From positions 10,552,894 to 10,616,893 of the forward strand of contig CM082589.2 in the NCBI GenBank assembly GCA_040954595.2: a stretch of 64,000 bases of DNA. Reading direction: 5' to 3'. The notes under the pieces are model-generated. The model worked only from the letters and a program-made list of their open reading frames with translations. It ran no database searches and was not told where the DNA came from. The first letter of the stretch is position 1. Each line of letters starts with the position of its first letter. The position numbers and the translations under genes were made by a program. This DNA is from Balanoglossus misakiensis (taxonomy: Eukaryota; Animalia; Hemichordata). Below are positions 38,447 to 52,300 of this stretch, one piece after another.

Positions 38447-41256
38447 AAATTTAGAGGACTGGAACACCTAATGAAGTGCATGTGTTAACTTTAACACACT
38501 AATTATGTATATGAGCTATTTAAAGTTAACCAATAAAGCGTAGAAGTCTGCTTTTTGTTGGACACTGATCAGTTTGGTATCAAATTTTGTTGGCACATTT
38601 TGCCTCACCTCTGGCGTACTTTACCATTTCTGGGCATCCACAACAGACACAGCCTCTGCTTTCTGTTGGAACCATGCTTAACACCTTGGTCCCTCCAATG
38701 CTACTTTTAGTTGTAATTGTCTTCTTCATGGCGGCCATATTGGATTTTCTAATAAGCTTTAAAGGTTGACATTTTCATAAACTACAGGGCCAATCAAGTT
38801 CTAATTTACTGTGCGGTTGAAAGTTTGATAAAATATCATTAGTGGTCATGTGACTTTTGGTGCCTTATTGGATTTTTTAAAAATCTCATTCAAAAATTAC
38901 GAAAATCTTTTTCTAATCAAGTTTTCAAGTGAATTGTGATTGGTTTAACCTTATCAGAGCCAAATTGGATTTTCTGAACTCCGATTAAAAGCTAAAATTC
39001 CTTTTTTTATCCTACTCATTGAAAGCACACAAATTCTTTCTGTGGATACGAGTCACCATATGACTAGAATATGTTACATTTTTTGACAACTTTCATATGT
39101 TCTTTGATCCAGTTTTTTTTCAGTATTTGATTAAACAATTTGTTGGTGACTCTCGCATGTCCTTTGATCCAGTAATTCCATAACTTAATTTTATGTGGAT
39201 ATGGCTCTTGATAAAAAGCTCAACAGTCATGATTTTGTTCAAAGAGTACTACTGCTGCCAGGACATAACCCAAATATTTTGATAATTTTGGCAATGACCT
39301 TTGATGTACTTTCCCATAACCTGGCCTGCACAACAGATACAGCCTTCAGATTTTTAGGCCTTAAACACCTAATAAAGTATTAAACTTTAACACAAAAGTT
39401 GTGTACATAAGCTTTTTCTAGTTAACCAATTGAGAATAAAAGTCTGTTTTTTTGTTGAACACTGATCAGTTTGATGTCAAAATTTGTTGCCACAAATTTC
39501 CGTGACCTCTGGCTTACCTACCATTTCTAAGCATCCACAACAGATACAGAGTTTGCTTTCTGTTGGAACCATGCTAACTGCTTTGGTCCCTGTAATGCTG
39601 CATGTTCCTTTAATTGTCTTCTTCAGGGTGGCCATATTGGATTTTCTGATAACCTTTAAAAGATGACAGTTCTTTTCCAAAACTACAGGGACAATCAAGT
39701 TCGAATATACTGTGCAGTTCAAAGTTTGACTGTAATATTGCTAGTAGTCATGTGACTTAGAATTCCTTATTAGATTTTTGAAAAATATCATTAAAACACT
39801 TTTTCTAATCAAGTTTTCAAGTGAATTGTGATTGGTTAAACCTTATTGGAGCCAAATTGGATTTTCTGAACAACGATTTAAAACTAAGATTTCCTATTTA
39901 TGGCCTACTCATTGATAGCACAAACATTATTTATATGTATATGACTCACTATATGACCAGAATATGTTACCATTTTTGGCATATTGCACATGTCCTTTAA
40001 TCCAGTTTTTCCAACACTTAATAATACAAATTTTTAGGCAACTTTCATTTGTCTTTTGATCCAGATCTTTCAGAACTTAATTAAAGTTTATTGAAGCCAA
40101 ATTGGATTTTATGAATTCTGATTAAAAACTTTGATTGCACACCAATTCTTTTTATAGATACGAGTCACCATATGACCAGAATACGTTGCATTTTTTGGCA
40201 ACTTTCGCATGTACTTTGATCCATTTTTTTTTCAGAACTTAATTATTCGTGGATATGCCTCTTGTTGAAAAGCAAAACAGTGATGATTTATTTTTCACAC
40301 GAATAGTACTGCTGCCAGGACATAACCCAAATTTTTTGATAATATTGGCATTGAACTTTGTCCTAAGTTTGGCACCTGTATTCTTTTCTGAATATCTTAT
40401 GGCGACTAGACTAATAGCACTAGAGGTTTGGTTTTTGATGTATATGGACAAGTATGGGACTTAGCTTTTTTTGTTACATTTGGAATCCACTGGACCAATG
40501 TTGAGCTTATTAAATATGTGAATATCTAATGCTGAGCTTACCCATATTGTTACAGGTTGAATTTTTTATGAACATGCTCTACTATTGGACTTAATTTTTT
40601 TGCTGAATTTCTTGACCAATGATAACCTTATAAATATGTGCTTACGTAATTGTAGACTAGATAATGAAGCTTTGAGTCTGGGTTTTCTTGAACATTCACC
40701 AGTATGCGATCACATTTTTTTCTGACATTTTTGTTAGCTTTGGTTACCTTAAACCTATTTTCCCTGCCTTGGCATGCACAGCAGATAACGCCTTCAAATT
40801 TTGAGGGCTGGAACACCTAATTACCAGGTTAACCAATAGAGCCAGAAGTCTTGTTTTTCATTTTACACTGATAATTTTGGAAGAAACATTTGTTGACAAT
40901 TTTGGGTGAGCTCTTGGTGACCTTTGATCTGCTTTCCTATATACATAGCAGATACAGCATTGGCACTCTCTGGTATCCATAGGAACTGCTTTGACCTAGC
41001 CAATGTTTGTTGCACTTTATTTTTTTTTCATTAATTGACGATATGTACCCCTTGACCCGCAGTATGTTGGGTTGGGCTGGCTTGCCAAATTAATCCTATT
41101 ATTATCATTGATTTCATGCATTTAATTCTTTCATTCTTTTTTTTTTTGTAGGTCCCACCGGTACTCTTCTCCTTCTCTCTCTCTTTCTTTCTTTCTTTCT
41201 TTTTTTCTCTTCTTTTCTCTTTTTTTTCTTTTTTTCCCTGTAGGCCCCAATGGTAA

Positions 41257-41535
41257 CACCATAATCAACCTACTAACGTAAAATTTGATGGATGGATGGA
41301 GCGGAGTGTCAACCATAGTCAACCTACTAATATAAACTTTGATGGATGGATGGAGGGGAGCGTCAACCATAGTCAACCTACTAATATAAACTTTGATGGA
41401 TGAATGGAGCGGAGCGTCAACCATAGTCAACCTACTAATATAAACTTTGATGGATGGATGGAGCGGAGCGTCAACCATAGTCAACTTACTAAAATATAAA
41501 CTTTGATGGATGGATGGTGCCGCGGAGCGTCAACT
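41257..41535. repeat. 54-bp minisatellite (~5 copies), with a diverged partial copy at ~41600-41760
   Basis: aaccatagtcaacctact anchors at 41311, 41365, 41419, 41473. Confidence 0.9.
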
Positions 41536-41859
41536 TAAAGGATGGAGAAGTGGAAGGATGGAGAAGTGGAGTTTTTTCTCTGTTTTTTCCTCTTTTTCTT
41601 TCCTGTAGGGCACACTGGTAACACCATAATCAACCAACTAACGTAAAATTTGATGGGAGGATGGAGCGGAGAGTCAACCTACTAATATAAACTTTGATGG
41701 ATGGATGGATGGAGCGTCAACCTAAAGGATGGAGAAGTGGAAGAATGGAGAAGTGGAGTTTCAACATAATATCCTATTGACCAAAATTATAAGATAGAGT
41801 AATATAGACGTACAAAACGAGGTGATCGTAATATAAAACTTAATAGTCCAATAAATCGG

Positions 41860-42590
41860 GTTAATAATTGGTAGTGATTACTTGTTTTAAAATTAGGTTA
41901 ACAGCAATGGCTTTGTGCAGGGTATGATAATAGGTTCCGAAATGTGTATGGTATAATAACGGTGAACAAATTTGAATTTGGTTTAATAAAAGGGTTACAA
42001 ATGTGATGATGGTTTTATGGTAAAATTTGAGTGTACACAGGTTATAAAGGGGTAACAACGGTTGCTTGTATGAAGGGAATAATATTAGGGTAACAAATGT
42101 GGTATAAAGGTATAACGGGTTTATAATATGATGATGGCTTGTGTACACAGGTTATAATGGGTATATGAATGAGAAGGGTATAATAATAGTAATAACTGTG
42201 TCGGGTTTAATAAGGGTAACAATTGTGCAAGGGTATAATAACGATTAATAATTGTGGTGATGGCTTATGGTGATATTAAGTATAAAAAGGGTGTTAATAT
42301 TGATGATGATGACAGAGGTATAATAATGATAAAATGTTAAATAAGTGTCCAAGGTCTAATAATCATGTTGGTTCATTCATTGGTTAATGTGTATATTTTA
42401 TGAATAACATGCTATTATTTCTCAGATAGATAATACTCGTCAGCATCGTTATTCGGTGGAATTTCTCGCAACGGTACCCGTGATTGTATTCGCGCATCGA
42501 CACATTGTACGCGACAGACTGGCAGAAAATGTTAGCACAATGTTAGGTTAGCTTAACCTCCCCACCCCATCCAAATTCCAAATTTAGCTT
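41860..42590 (+). repeat. Diverged direct-repeat segment, paralogous to 63180-63795
   Basis: Shared ggttcattcattggttaatgtgtatatttt, cattgtacgcgacagac and gttaggttagctt.acctccccaccccatccaaattccaaatttagctt. Confidence 0.8.
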
Positions 42591-43350
42591 AGATCATGGG
42601 GTGAGAGGAGGAGAGGACAGTTTTTTTTCCCTCTTTTGTAATTGGTATGAGGTTTTTTAACTGCCCTTTAGGCGCGTAAATTAGATGTGTGTTATCATAC
42701 ATGTAGTTATCTTGCTTTATTTTAAAACAATTGTGAATGAGCTCTGCGAGATTATGTACACGATAGTGTGTTATATAACGCTAAGGTAAAAGTAAACTTA
42801 ACCCACTAACCCATCACACTATTGTGTGCATAATTAGCAGATGCTATTTTGACTGGCCCATTGTTCAACCAAATGACACCTTGTTTCAAAAAGAGCTGAA
42901 ACTATATTGGTTAATTTCTTTCAGTTTAACCACATGACACATTGTTTCAAATTGGCCTGCAAGATATGCTACTTGAACTCCCCCCCCCCACCCCCACCCC
43001 CCCCAAAACAATAAATTAGGGATTAATCACTCGCTATATTATGAACATTCACATGAAAATTATGCAACCAATTTAAAGGTATTATGGAGGCGTCTTCTGA
43101 TGTCAGGTGGTTCAAATCCACCGATACCTAAGCTGGAAACATAACTTTTCATTGGTGTTCATATATGGCGAATAAAACATGCATATTCGTATTATCATAT
43201 TTCAGATATGAACGAATTGAAATAGATTCTTTTCGATATGATTTCAGAAATGAACGAATTCAAATAGATTCTTTTCGATATGTCACTATAAACTTTAATC
43301 CCATTTCACCCCTTTTACTCAAAATGTAATGTTTAAATAGCAAAGAAGTT

Positions 43351-46300
43351 AATCACTAAACGTTGACACCGGGGTTTAAAATGCATACAGGGATACTAAA
43401 AGTTGACTGAAATCCCTGGGTTAATACGTGTCCAAAAGCAATTTTATTTGACATTGCTAATGCAACGATGACATTGAATCTGATTCTTTGCATTAGGGGG
43501 AATGGCGATGCAAGCTTGATGATGCAGCCAGGTAGATAGTGATGCAAACACTTCACTTTGACATAGGTATTTAATGCATGTGCATGGGTATTTAATGTTG
43601 ACTGTAAATCCCCAGGTTAATACGTGGCCAAAAGCACTGTAATTTGACATTGCTAATGCTACCGTGACACTAAATCTGATTCTTGCATCAGGGTAAATTG
43701 TGAAGCAAGCTTGATGATGCATCATGATAGATGGTGTTTCAAGCCCTTCACATTGACATTGGAATATAACGCATATGGGGATTTAAAGTTGATTGTATAT
43801 CCTCAGGTTAATACGTGGCCATAAGCACTGTAATTTGACATTGCTAATGCAACGATGATATTGAATCTGATTCTTTGCATCAGGGTAAATGGCGATGCAA
43901 GCTTGATGATGCATCCCGGTAGATAGTGATGCAAACACTTCACTTTGACATGGGTATTTAATGCATGCGCATTGATATTTAAAGTTGACTCTAAATCCCG
44001 AGGTTAATACATGGCCAAAAGCACTGTAATTTAAAATTACTAATGCAAGCGTGACATTGAATATGGATAAATGGTGAAGCAAACGTGATGATGCATCAGG
44101 ATAGATGGTGTTTGAAGCCCTTCACATTGACTTTTGAATATAATGCATATGGGGATTTAAAGTTGATTGTAAATCCCTAGGTTAATACATGGCCAAAAGC
44201 ACTTTTATTTGACATTGCTAATGCAACGGTGACATTGAATCTGATTCTATGCATCAGGGTAAATGGCGATACAGGCTTGATGATGCATCACGGTAGATAG
44301 TGATGCAAACAGTTCACTCTGACATGGGTATTAAATGCATATGGGGATTTCAAGTTGATTACAAATCCCTGGGTTAATACGCACCCAAAAGCACTGTAGT
44401 TTGACATTGCTAATGAAATGGTGACATTGAATCTGATTCTATGCATCAGGGTAAATGGCGATACAGGCTTGATGATGCATCACGGTAGATAGTGATGCAA
44501 ACAGTTCACTCTGACATGGGTATTAAATGCATATGGGGATTTCAAGTTGATTACAAATCCCTGGGTTAATACGCACCCAAAAGCACTGTAGTTTGACATT
44601 GCTAATGAAATGGTGACATTGAATGTAATTCTTTGCATTAGGGGAAATGGCTAAAAGTTTAATGATGCATTGGAGTAGATGGTGATGCAAGCTATGCATT
44701 TTGACATAGGTATTTAATGCATGTGCATGGGTATTTAATGTTGACTGTAAATCCCTAGGTTAATACATGTCCAAAAGCACTGTAATTTAAAATTGCTAAT
44801 GCAAGGGTGACATTGAATCTGATTCTTTGCATCAGGGCAAATTCTGAAGAATGCTTGATGATGCACCAGGGTCAATGGTGATGCAATCACTAAACTTTTA
44901 CACCGGGGTTTAAAATGTATACAGGGGGATTAAAAGTTGACTGTAAATCCCCAGGTTAATACAAGTCCAAAAGCACTTTAATTTGACATTGCTAATACAA
45001 CGGTGACATTTAATCTGATTCTTTGCATCAGGGAAAATGGTGAAGCAAGCTTAATAATGCATCGGAGTAAATGGTGATGCAAGCTCTGCACTTTGACATA
45101 GGTATTAAATGTATATGCATGGGTATTTAAAGTTGTCCGTAAATCCCGAGGTTAATACGTGGCCATAGGCACTGTAATTTGACATTGCTAATGCTACCGT
45201 GATACTAAATCTGATTCTTTGCATCAGGGTAAATTGTGAAGCAAGCTTGATGATGTATCATGATAGATGGTGTTTCAAGCCCTTCACATTGACATTGGAA
45301 TATAACGCACATGGGGATTTAAAGTTGATTGTATGGCCAAAAGCACTGTAATTTGACATTGCTAATGCTACAGTGACATTGAATCTGATTCTTTGCATTA
45401 GGGCAAATGGCGAAGCAAGCTTGATGATGCATCACGGTAGATATTGATGCAAGCACTTCGCTTTGACATAGGTATAAAATTCATATGGGGATTTCAAGTT
45501 GATTATAAATCCCTGGGTTAATATGTGGCCGAAAGCACTTTTATTTGCCATTGCTAATGCTATGGTGACACTGATTATTTGCATCAGGGTTAATGGCGAA
45601 GCAGCTTGATGATGCATCAGGATAGATGGTGATGCAAGCTCTGCACTTTGACATGAGGATTAAATGCATGCTGAGGGGGATTTAAAGTTGTCAAAACAAA
45701 CTTGATGATGCATCAGGGTAGAAGGTATTTCAAGCCCTTCACATTGACATTGGAATATAACGCATATGGGGATTTAAAGTTGATTGTAAATCCCCAGGTT
45801 GATACGTGGCCATAAGCACTGTAGTTTGACATTGCTAATGCTACCGTGACATTAAATCTGATTCTTTCCATCGGGGTAAATTGTGAAGCAAGCTTGATGA
45901 TGCATCAGGACAGATGGTGTTTCAAGCCCTTCACATTGACAATGGAATATAACGCATATGGGGATTTAAAGTTGATTGAAAATCCCTAGGTTAATACATG
46001 GCCAAAAGCACTGTAATTTAAAATTGCAAATGCAATGGTGACATTGAATGTCATTCTTTGCATTAGGGGAAATGGCGTAGCAAGCATAATGGTACATCAG
46101 AGTAGATGGTGATGCAAGCTCTGCACTTTGACATAGATATTTAATGCATATGCATGGGTATTTAATGTCGACTGTAAATCCCCAGGTTAATATATGTCCA
46201 AAAGCACTGTAATTTAAAATTGCTAATGCAAGGGTGACATTGAATCTGATTCTTTGCATTATGGGGAATGGCGATGCAAACCTAATGATGCATCAGAGTA

Positions 46301-49300
46301 GATGGTGATGCAAGCTCTGCACTTTGACATAGGTATTTAATGTATATGCATGGGTATTTAAAGTTGTCTGTAAATTCCCAGGTTAATACGTGGCAATAAG
46401 CACTGTAATTTGACATTGCTAATGAAATGGTGACGCTGAATGTGATTTTTTGCATCAGGGTAAATTGTGAAGCAAGCTTGATGATGCATCAGGATAGATG
46501 GTGTTTCAAGCCCTTCACTTGACATTGGAATATAACGCATATGGGGATTTAAAGTTAATTGCAAATCCATAGGTTAATACATGGCCAAAAACACTGTAAT
46601 TTAAAATTGCTAATGCAATGGTGACATTGAATGTGATTCTTTGCATTAGGGGAAATGGCGTAGCAAGCCTAATGGTGCATCAGAGTAAATGGTGATGCAA
46701 GCTCTACACTTTGACATAGGTATTTAATGGATATGCATGGGTATTTAATGTTGACTGTAAATCCTCAGGTTAATACGTGGCCATAAGCACTGTAATTTGA
46801 CATTGCTAATGCAACGGTGACATTGAATCTGATTCTTTGCATAAGGGTGAATGGCGATGCAAGCTTGATGATGCATCACGGTAGATAGTGATGCAAACAC
46901 TTCACTTTGACATGGGTATCAAATGCATATAGGGATTTGCTAATGCTACCATGACACTAAATCTGATTTTTTGCATCAGGGAAAATGGTGAAGCAAGCTT
47001 GATGATGCATCATGATAGATGGTGTTTCAAGCCCTTCACATTGACATTAGAATATAATGCATATGGGGATTTAAAGTTGATTGTAAATCCCCAGGTTAGT
47101 ATACGGCCAAACGCACTATAATTTGACATTGCTAATGCAACAGTGACATTGAATCTGATTCTTTGCATTAGGGCAAATGGCGAAGCAAGCTTGATGATGC
47201 ATCACGGTAGATATTGATGCAAGCACTTCGCTTTGACATAGGTATAAAATTCATATAGGGATTTCAAGTTGATTATAAATCCCTGGGTTAATATGTGGCC
47301 GAAAGCACTTTTATTTGCCATTGCTAATGCTATGGCGACACTAAATCTGATTCTTTGCATCAGGGTAAATTGTGAAGAAAGCTTGATGATGCATCAGTAT
47401 AGATGGTGTTTCAAGCCGTTCAAGTTAACATTGCAATATAATGCATATGGGGATTTGAAGTTGATTGTAAACCCGCAAGTTAATACATGGCCAAATGCTC
47501 AGTAATTTGACATTGCTGATGCTATGGTGACACTGATTATTTGCATCAGGGTTAATGGCGAAACAAACTTGATGATGCATCAGGGTAGATGGTATTTCAA
47601 GCCCTTCACATTGACATTGGAATATAATGCATATGGGGATTTAAAGTTGATTGTAAATCCCCAGGTTAATACATAGCCAAAAGCACTGTAATTTGACATG
47701 GCTAATGCTACTGTGATACTAAATCTGATTCTTTGCATCAGGGCATATAGCGAAGCATGCTTGGTGATGCATCAGGATCAATGGTGATGGAGACACTGCA
47801 CTTTGACATGCGTATTTAATGCATATGCACAGATGTTTAAAGTTGACTGTAAATCGCCAGGTTAATACGTGGCCAAAAGCACAGTAATTTGACATTGCGA
47901 ATGCAACAGTGACATTTAATCTGATTCTTTGCATTAAGGCAAATGGCGAAGCATGCTTGACGATGCATCACAGTAGATAGTGATGTAAACACTTCGCTTA
48001 GACATGGGTATAAAAAGCATATAGGGATTTCAAATAGATTATAAATCCCTGTGTTAATACGTGTCCAAAAGCACTGTAATTTGACATTGCTTATGCAATG
48101 GTGACACTATATCTGATTCTTTGCATCAGGGCAAATGGCGAAGCAGCTTGATGATGCATCAGGATAGATGGTGATGCAAGCTCTGCACTTTGACATGGGG
48201 ATTAAATGCATGCTGAGGGGGATTTAAAGTTGTCAAAACAAACTTGATGATGCATCAGGGTAGATGGTATTTCAAGCCCTTCACATTGACATTGGAATAT
48301 AACGCATATGGGGATTTAAAGTTGATTGTAAATCCCCAGGTTGATACGTGGCCATAAGCACTGTAGTTTGACATTGCTAATGCTACCATGACATTAAATC
48401 TGATTCTTTCCATCGGGGTAAATTGTGAAGCAAGCTTGATGATGCATCAGGACAGATGGTGTTTCAAGCCCTTCACATTGACAATGGAATATAACGCATA
48501 TGGGGATTTAAAGTTGATTGAAAATCCCTAGGTTAATACATGGCCAAAAGCACTGTAATTTACAATTGCAAATGCAATGGTGACATTGAATGTCATTCTT
48601 TGCATTAGGGGAAATGGCGTAGCGAGCATAATGGTGCATCAGAGTAGATGGTGATGTAAGCTATGCATTGTGACATAGGTATTTAATGCCTATGCATGGG
48701 TATTTAATGTTGACTGTAAATCCCCAGGTTAATACATGTCCAAAAGCACTGTAATTTAAAATTGCTAATGCAAGGGTGATATTGAATCTGATTCTTTGCA
48801 TCAGGGCAAATTCTGAAGAATGCTTGATGATGCACCAGGGTCAATGGTGATGCAATCACTAAACTTTGACACCGGGGTTTAAAATGTATACAGGGGGATT
48901 AAAAGTTGACTGTAAATCCCCAGGTTAATACAAGTCCAAAAGCACCGTAATTTGACATTGATAATACAACGGTGACATTTAAACTGATTCTTTGCATCAG
49001 GGCAAATGGTGAAGCAAGCTTAATAATGCATCGGAGTATATGGTGATGCAAGCTCTGCATTTTGACATAGGTATTAAATGTATATGCATGGGTATTTAAA
49101 GTTGTCTGTAAATCCCCAGGTTAATACGTGGCCATAATCACTGTAATTTGACATTGCTAATGCTACCGTGATACTAAATCTGATTCTTTGCATCAGGGTA
49201 AATTGTGAAGCAAGCTTGATGATGTATCATGATAGATGGTGTTTCAAGCCCTTCACATTGACATTGGAATATAACGCATATGGGGATTTAAAGTTGATTG

Positions 49301-52300
49301 TAAATCCCCAGGTTAATACATGGCCAAAAGCACTGTAATTTAAAATTGCTAATGCAATGGTGACATTGAATGTGATTCTTTGCATTAGGGGAAATGGCGT
49401 AGCAAGCCTAATGGTGCATCAGAGTAGATGGTGATGCAAGCTCTGCACTTTGACATAGGTATTTAATGCATATGCATGGGTATTTAATGTTGACTGTAAA
49501 TCCTCAGGTTAATACGTGGCCATAAGCACTGTAATTTGACATTGCTAATGCAACGATGATATTGAATCTGAGTCTTTGCATCAGGGTAAATGGCGATGCA
49601 AGCTTGATGATGCATCTCAGTAGATAGTGATGCAAACACTTCACTTTGACATGGGTATTTAATGCATGCGCATTGATATTTAAAGTTGACTCTAAATCCC
49701 GAGGTTAATACATGGCCAAAAGCACTGTAATTTAAAATTACTAATGCAAGGGTGACATTGAATATGGATAAATGGTGAAGCAAACGTGATGATGCATCAG
49801 GATAGATGGTGTTCCAAGCCCTTCACATTGACTTTTGAATATAATGCATATGGGGATTTAATGTTGACTGTAAATCCTCAGGTTAATACGTGGCCATAAG
49901 CACTGTAATTTGACATTGCTAATGCAACGATGATATTGAATCTGAGTCTTTGCATCAGGGTAAATGGCGATGCAAGCTTGATGATGCATCTCAGTAGATA
50001 GTGATGCAAACACTTCACTTTGACATGGGTATTTAATGCATGCGCATTGATATTTAAAGTTGACTCTAAATCCCGAGGTTAATACATGGCCAAAAGCACT
50101 GTAATTTAAAATTACTAATGCAAGGGTGACATTGAATATGGATAAATGGTGAAGCAAACGTGATGATGCATCAGGATAGATGGTGTTCCAAGCCCTTCAC
50201 ATTGACTTTTGAATATAATGCATATGGGGATTTAAAGTTGATTGTAAATCCCTAGGTTAATAATGGCCAAAAGCACTTTTATTTGACATTGCTAATGCAA
50301 CGGTGACATTGAATCTGATTCTATGCATAAGGGTAAATGGCGATGCAGGCTTGATGATGCATCACGGTAGATAGTGATGCAAACAGTTCACTTTGACATG
50401 GGTATTAAATGCATATGGGGATTTCAAGTTGATTACAAATCCTTGGGTTAATACGCATCCAAAAGCACTGTAATTTGACATTGCTAATGCAAGGGTGACA
50501 TTGAATCTGATTCTTTGCATTAGGGGAAATGGCTAAGCAAGCTTAATGATGCATTGGAGTAGATGGTGATGCAAGCTATGCATTTTGACATAGGTATTTA
50601 ATGCATGTGCATGGGTATTTAATGTTGACTGTAAATCCCTAGGTTAATACATGTCCAAAAGCACTGTAATTTAAAATTGCTAATGCAAGGGTGACATTGA
50701 ATCTGATTCTTTGCATCAGGGCAAATTCTGAAGAATGCTTGATGATGCACCAGGGTCAATGGTGATGCAATCACTAAACTTTGACACCGGGGTTTAAAAT
50801 GTATACAGGGGGATTAAAAGTTGACTGTAAATCCCTGGGTTAATACAAGTCCAAAAGCACTTTAATTTGACATTGCTAATACAACGGTGACATTTAATCT
50901 GATTCTTTGCATCAGGGAAAATGGCGAAGCAAGCTTAATAATGCATTGGAGTATATGGTGATGCAAGCTCTGCATTTTGACATAGGTATTAAATGTATAT
51001 GCAAGGGTATTTAAAGTTGTCCGTACATCCCGAGGTTAATACGTGGCCATAGGCACTGTAATTTGACATTGCTAATGCTACCGTGATACTAAATCTGATT
51101 CTTTGCATCAGGGAAAATGGTGAAGCAAGCTTGATGATGCATCAGGATAGATGGTGTTTCAAGCCCTTCACATTGACATTAAAATATAATGCATATGGGG
51201 ATTTAAAGTTGATTGTAAATCCCCAGGTTAGTATACGGCCAAACGAACTGTAATTTGACATTGCTAATGCAAGGGTGACATTGAATCTGATTCTTTGCAT
51301 TAGGGCAAATGGCGAAGCAAGCTTGATGATGCATCACGGTAGATATTGATGCAAGCACTTCGCTTTGACATAGGTATAAAATTCATATGGGGATTTCAAG
51401 TTGATTATAAATCCCTGGGTTAATATGTGGCCGAAAGCACTTTTATTTGCCATTGCTAATGCTATGGTGACACTGATTATTTGCATCAGGGTTAATGGCG
51501 AAACAAACTTGATGATGCATCAGGGTAGATGGTTTTTCAAGCCCTTCACATTGACATTGGAATATAATGCATATGGGGATTTAAAGTTGATTATAAATCC
51601 CGATGTTTATACATGGCCAAAAGCACAGTAATTTGACATTGCTAATGCAATGGTGACATTGAATCTGATTCTTTGCATCAGCGTAAATGGCGAAGCATGC
51701 TTGATGATGCATCACAGTAGATAGTGATGCAAACACTTCGCTTAGACATGGGTATAAAAAGCATATGGGGATTTAAAGTTGATTGTAAATCCCCAGGTTG
51801 ATACGTGGCCATAAGCACTGTAGTTTGACATTGCTAATGCTACCGTGACATTAAATCTGATTCTTTCCATCGGGGTAAATTGTGAAGCAAGCTTGATGAT
51901 GCATCAGGACAGATGGTGTTTCAAGCCCTTCACATTGACAATGGAATATAACGCATATGGGGATTTAAAGTTGATTGAAAATCCCTAGGTTAAAACATGG
52001 CCAAAAGCACTGTAATTTAAAATTGCAAATGCAAGGGTGACATTGAATCTGATTCTTTGCATTAGGGGGAATGGCGATGCAAACCTAATGATGCATCAGA
52101 GTAGATGGTGATGCAAGCTCTGCACTTTGACATAGGTATTTAATGTATATGCATGGGTATTTAAAGTTGTCTGTAAATTCCCAGGTTAATACGTGGCAAT
52201 AAGCACTGTAATTTGACATTGCTAATGAAATGGTGACGCTGAATGTGATTTTTTGCATCAGGGTAAATTGTGAAGCAAGCTTGATGATGCATCAGGATAG

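Larger units (their letters stand above)
24799..41030. repeat. Composite satellite of ~10-11 diverged ~900-bp monomers with variably expanded 116-bp subunits
   Basis: Anchor (g/c)acctctggc..tttgctttctgttggaaccatgct..ggccatattggattttc at ~24799, 26558, 27456, 28811, (29905), 33979, 34877, 35906, 38606, 39503 and degenerate ~40910; unexpanded spacing ~898 bp. Confidence 0.9.

Noticed and set aside
25281-40816. Many recurring short ORFs (e.g. KIIKIFGLCPG, LLSVGTMLTAL..FFMVAILDF)
   Set aside because: They are translations of satellite monomers on both strands, riddled with stops and indels, with no recognisable domain.
41131-41484. 117-aa minus-strand ORF with 18-aa repeats and a basic tail
   Set aside because: Product of the 54-bp minisatellite plus a CT-rich low-complexity tract.
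43208-43282. 42-bp two-copy tandem duplication, plus poly-G/C runs (10353, 20231, 42980)
   Set aside because: Ordinary slippage products with no further structure.
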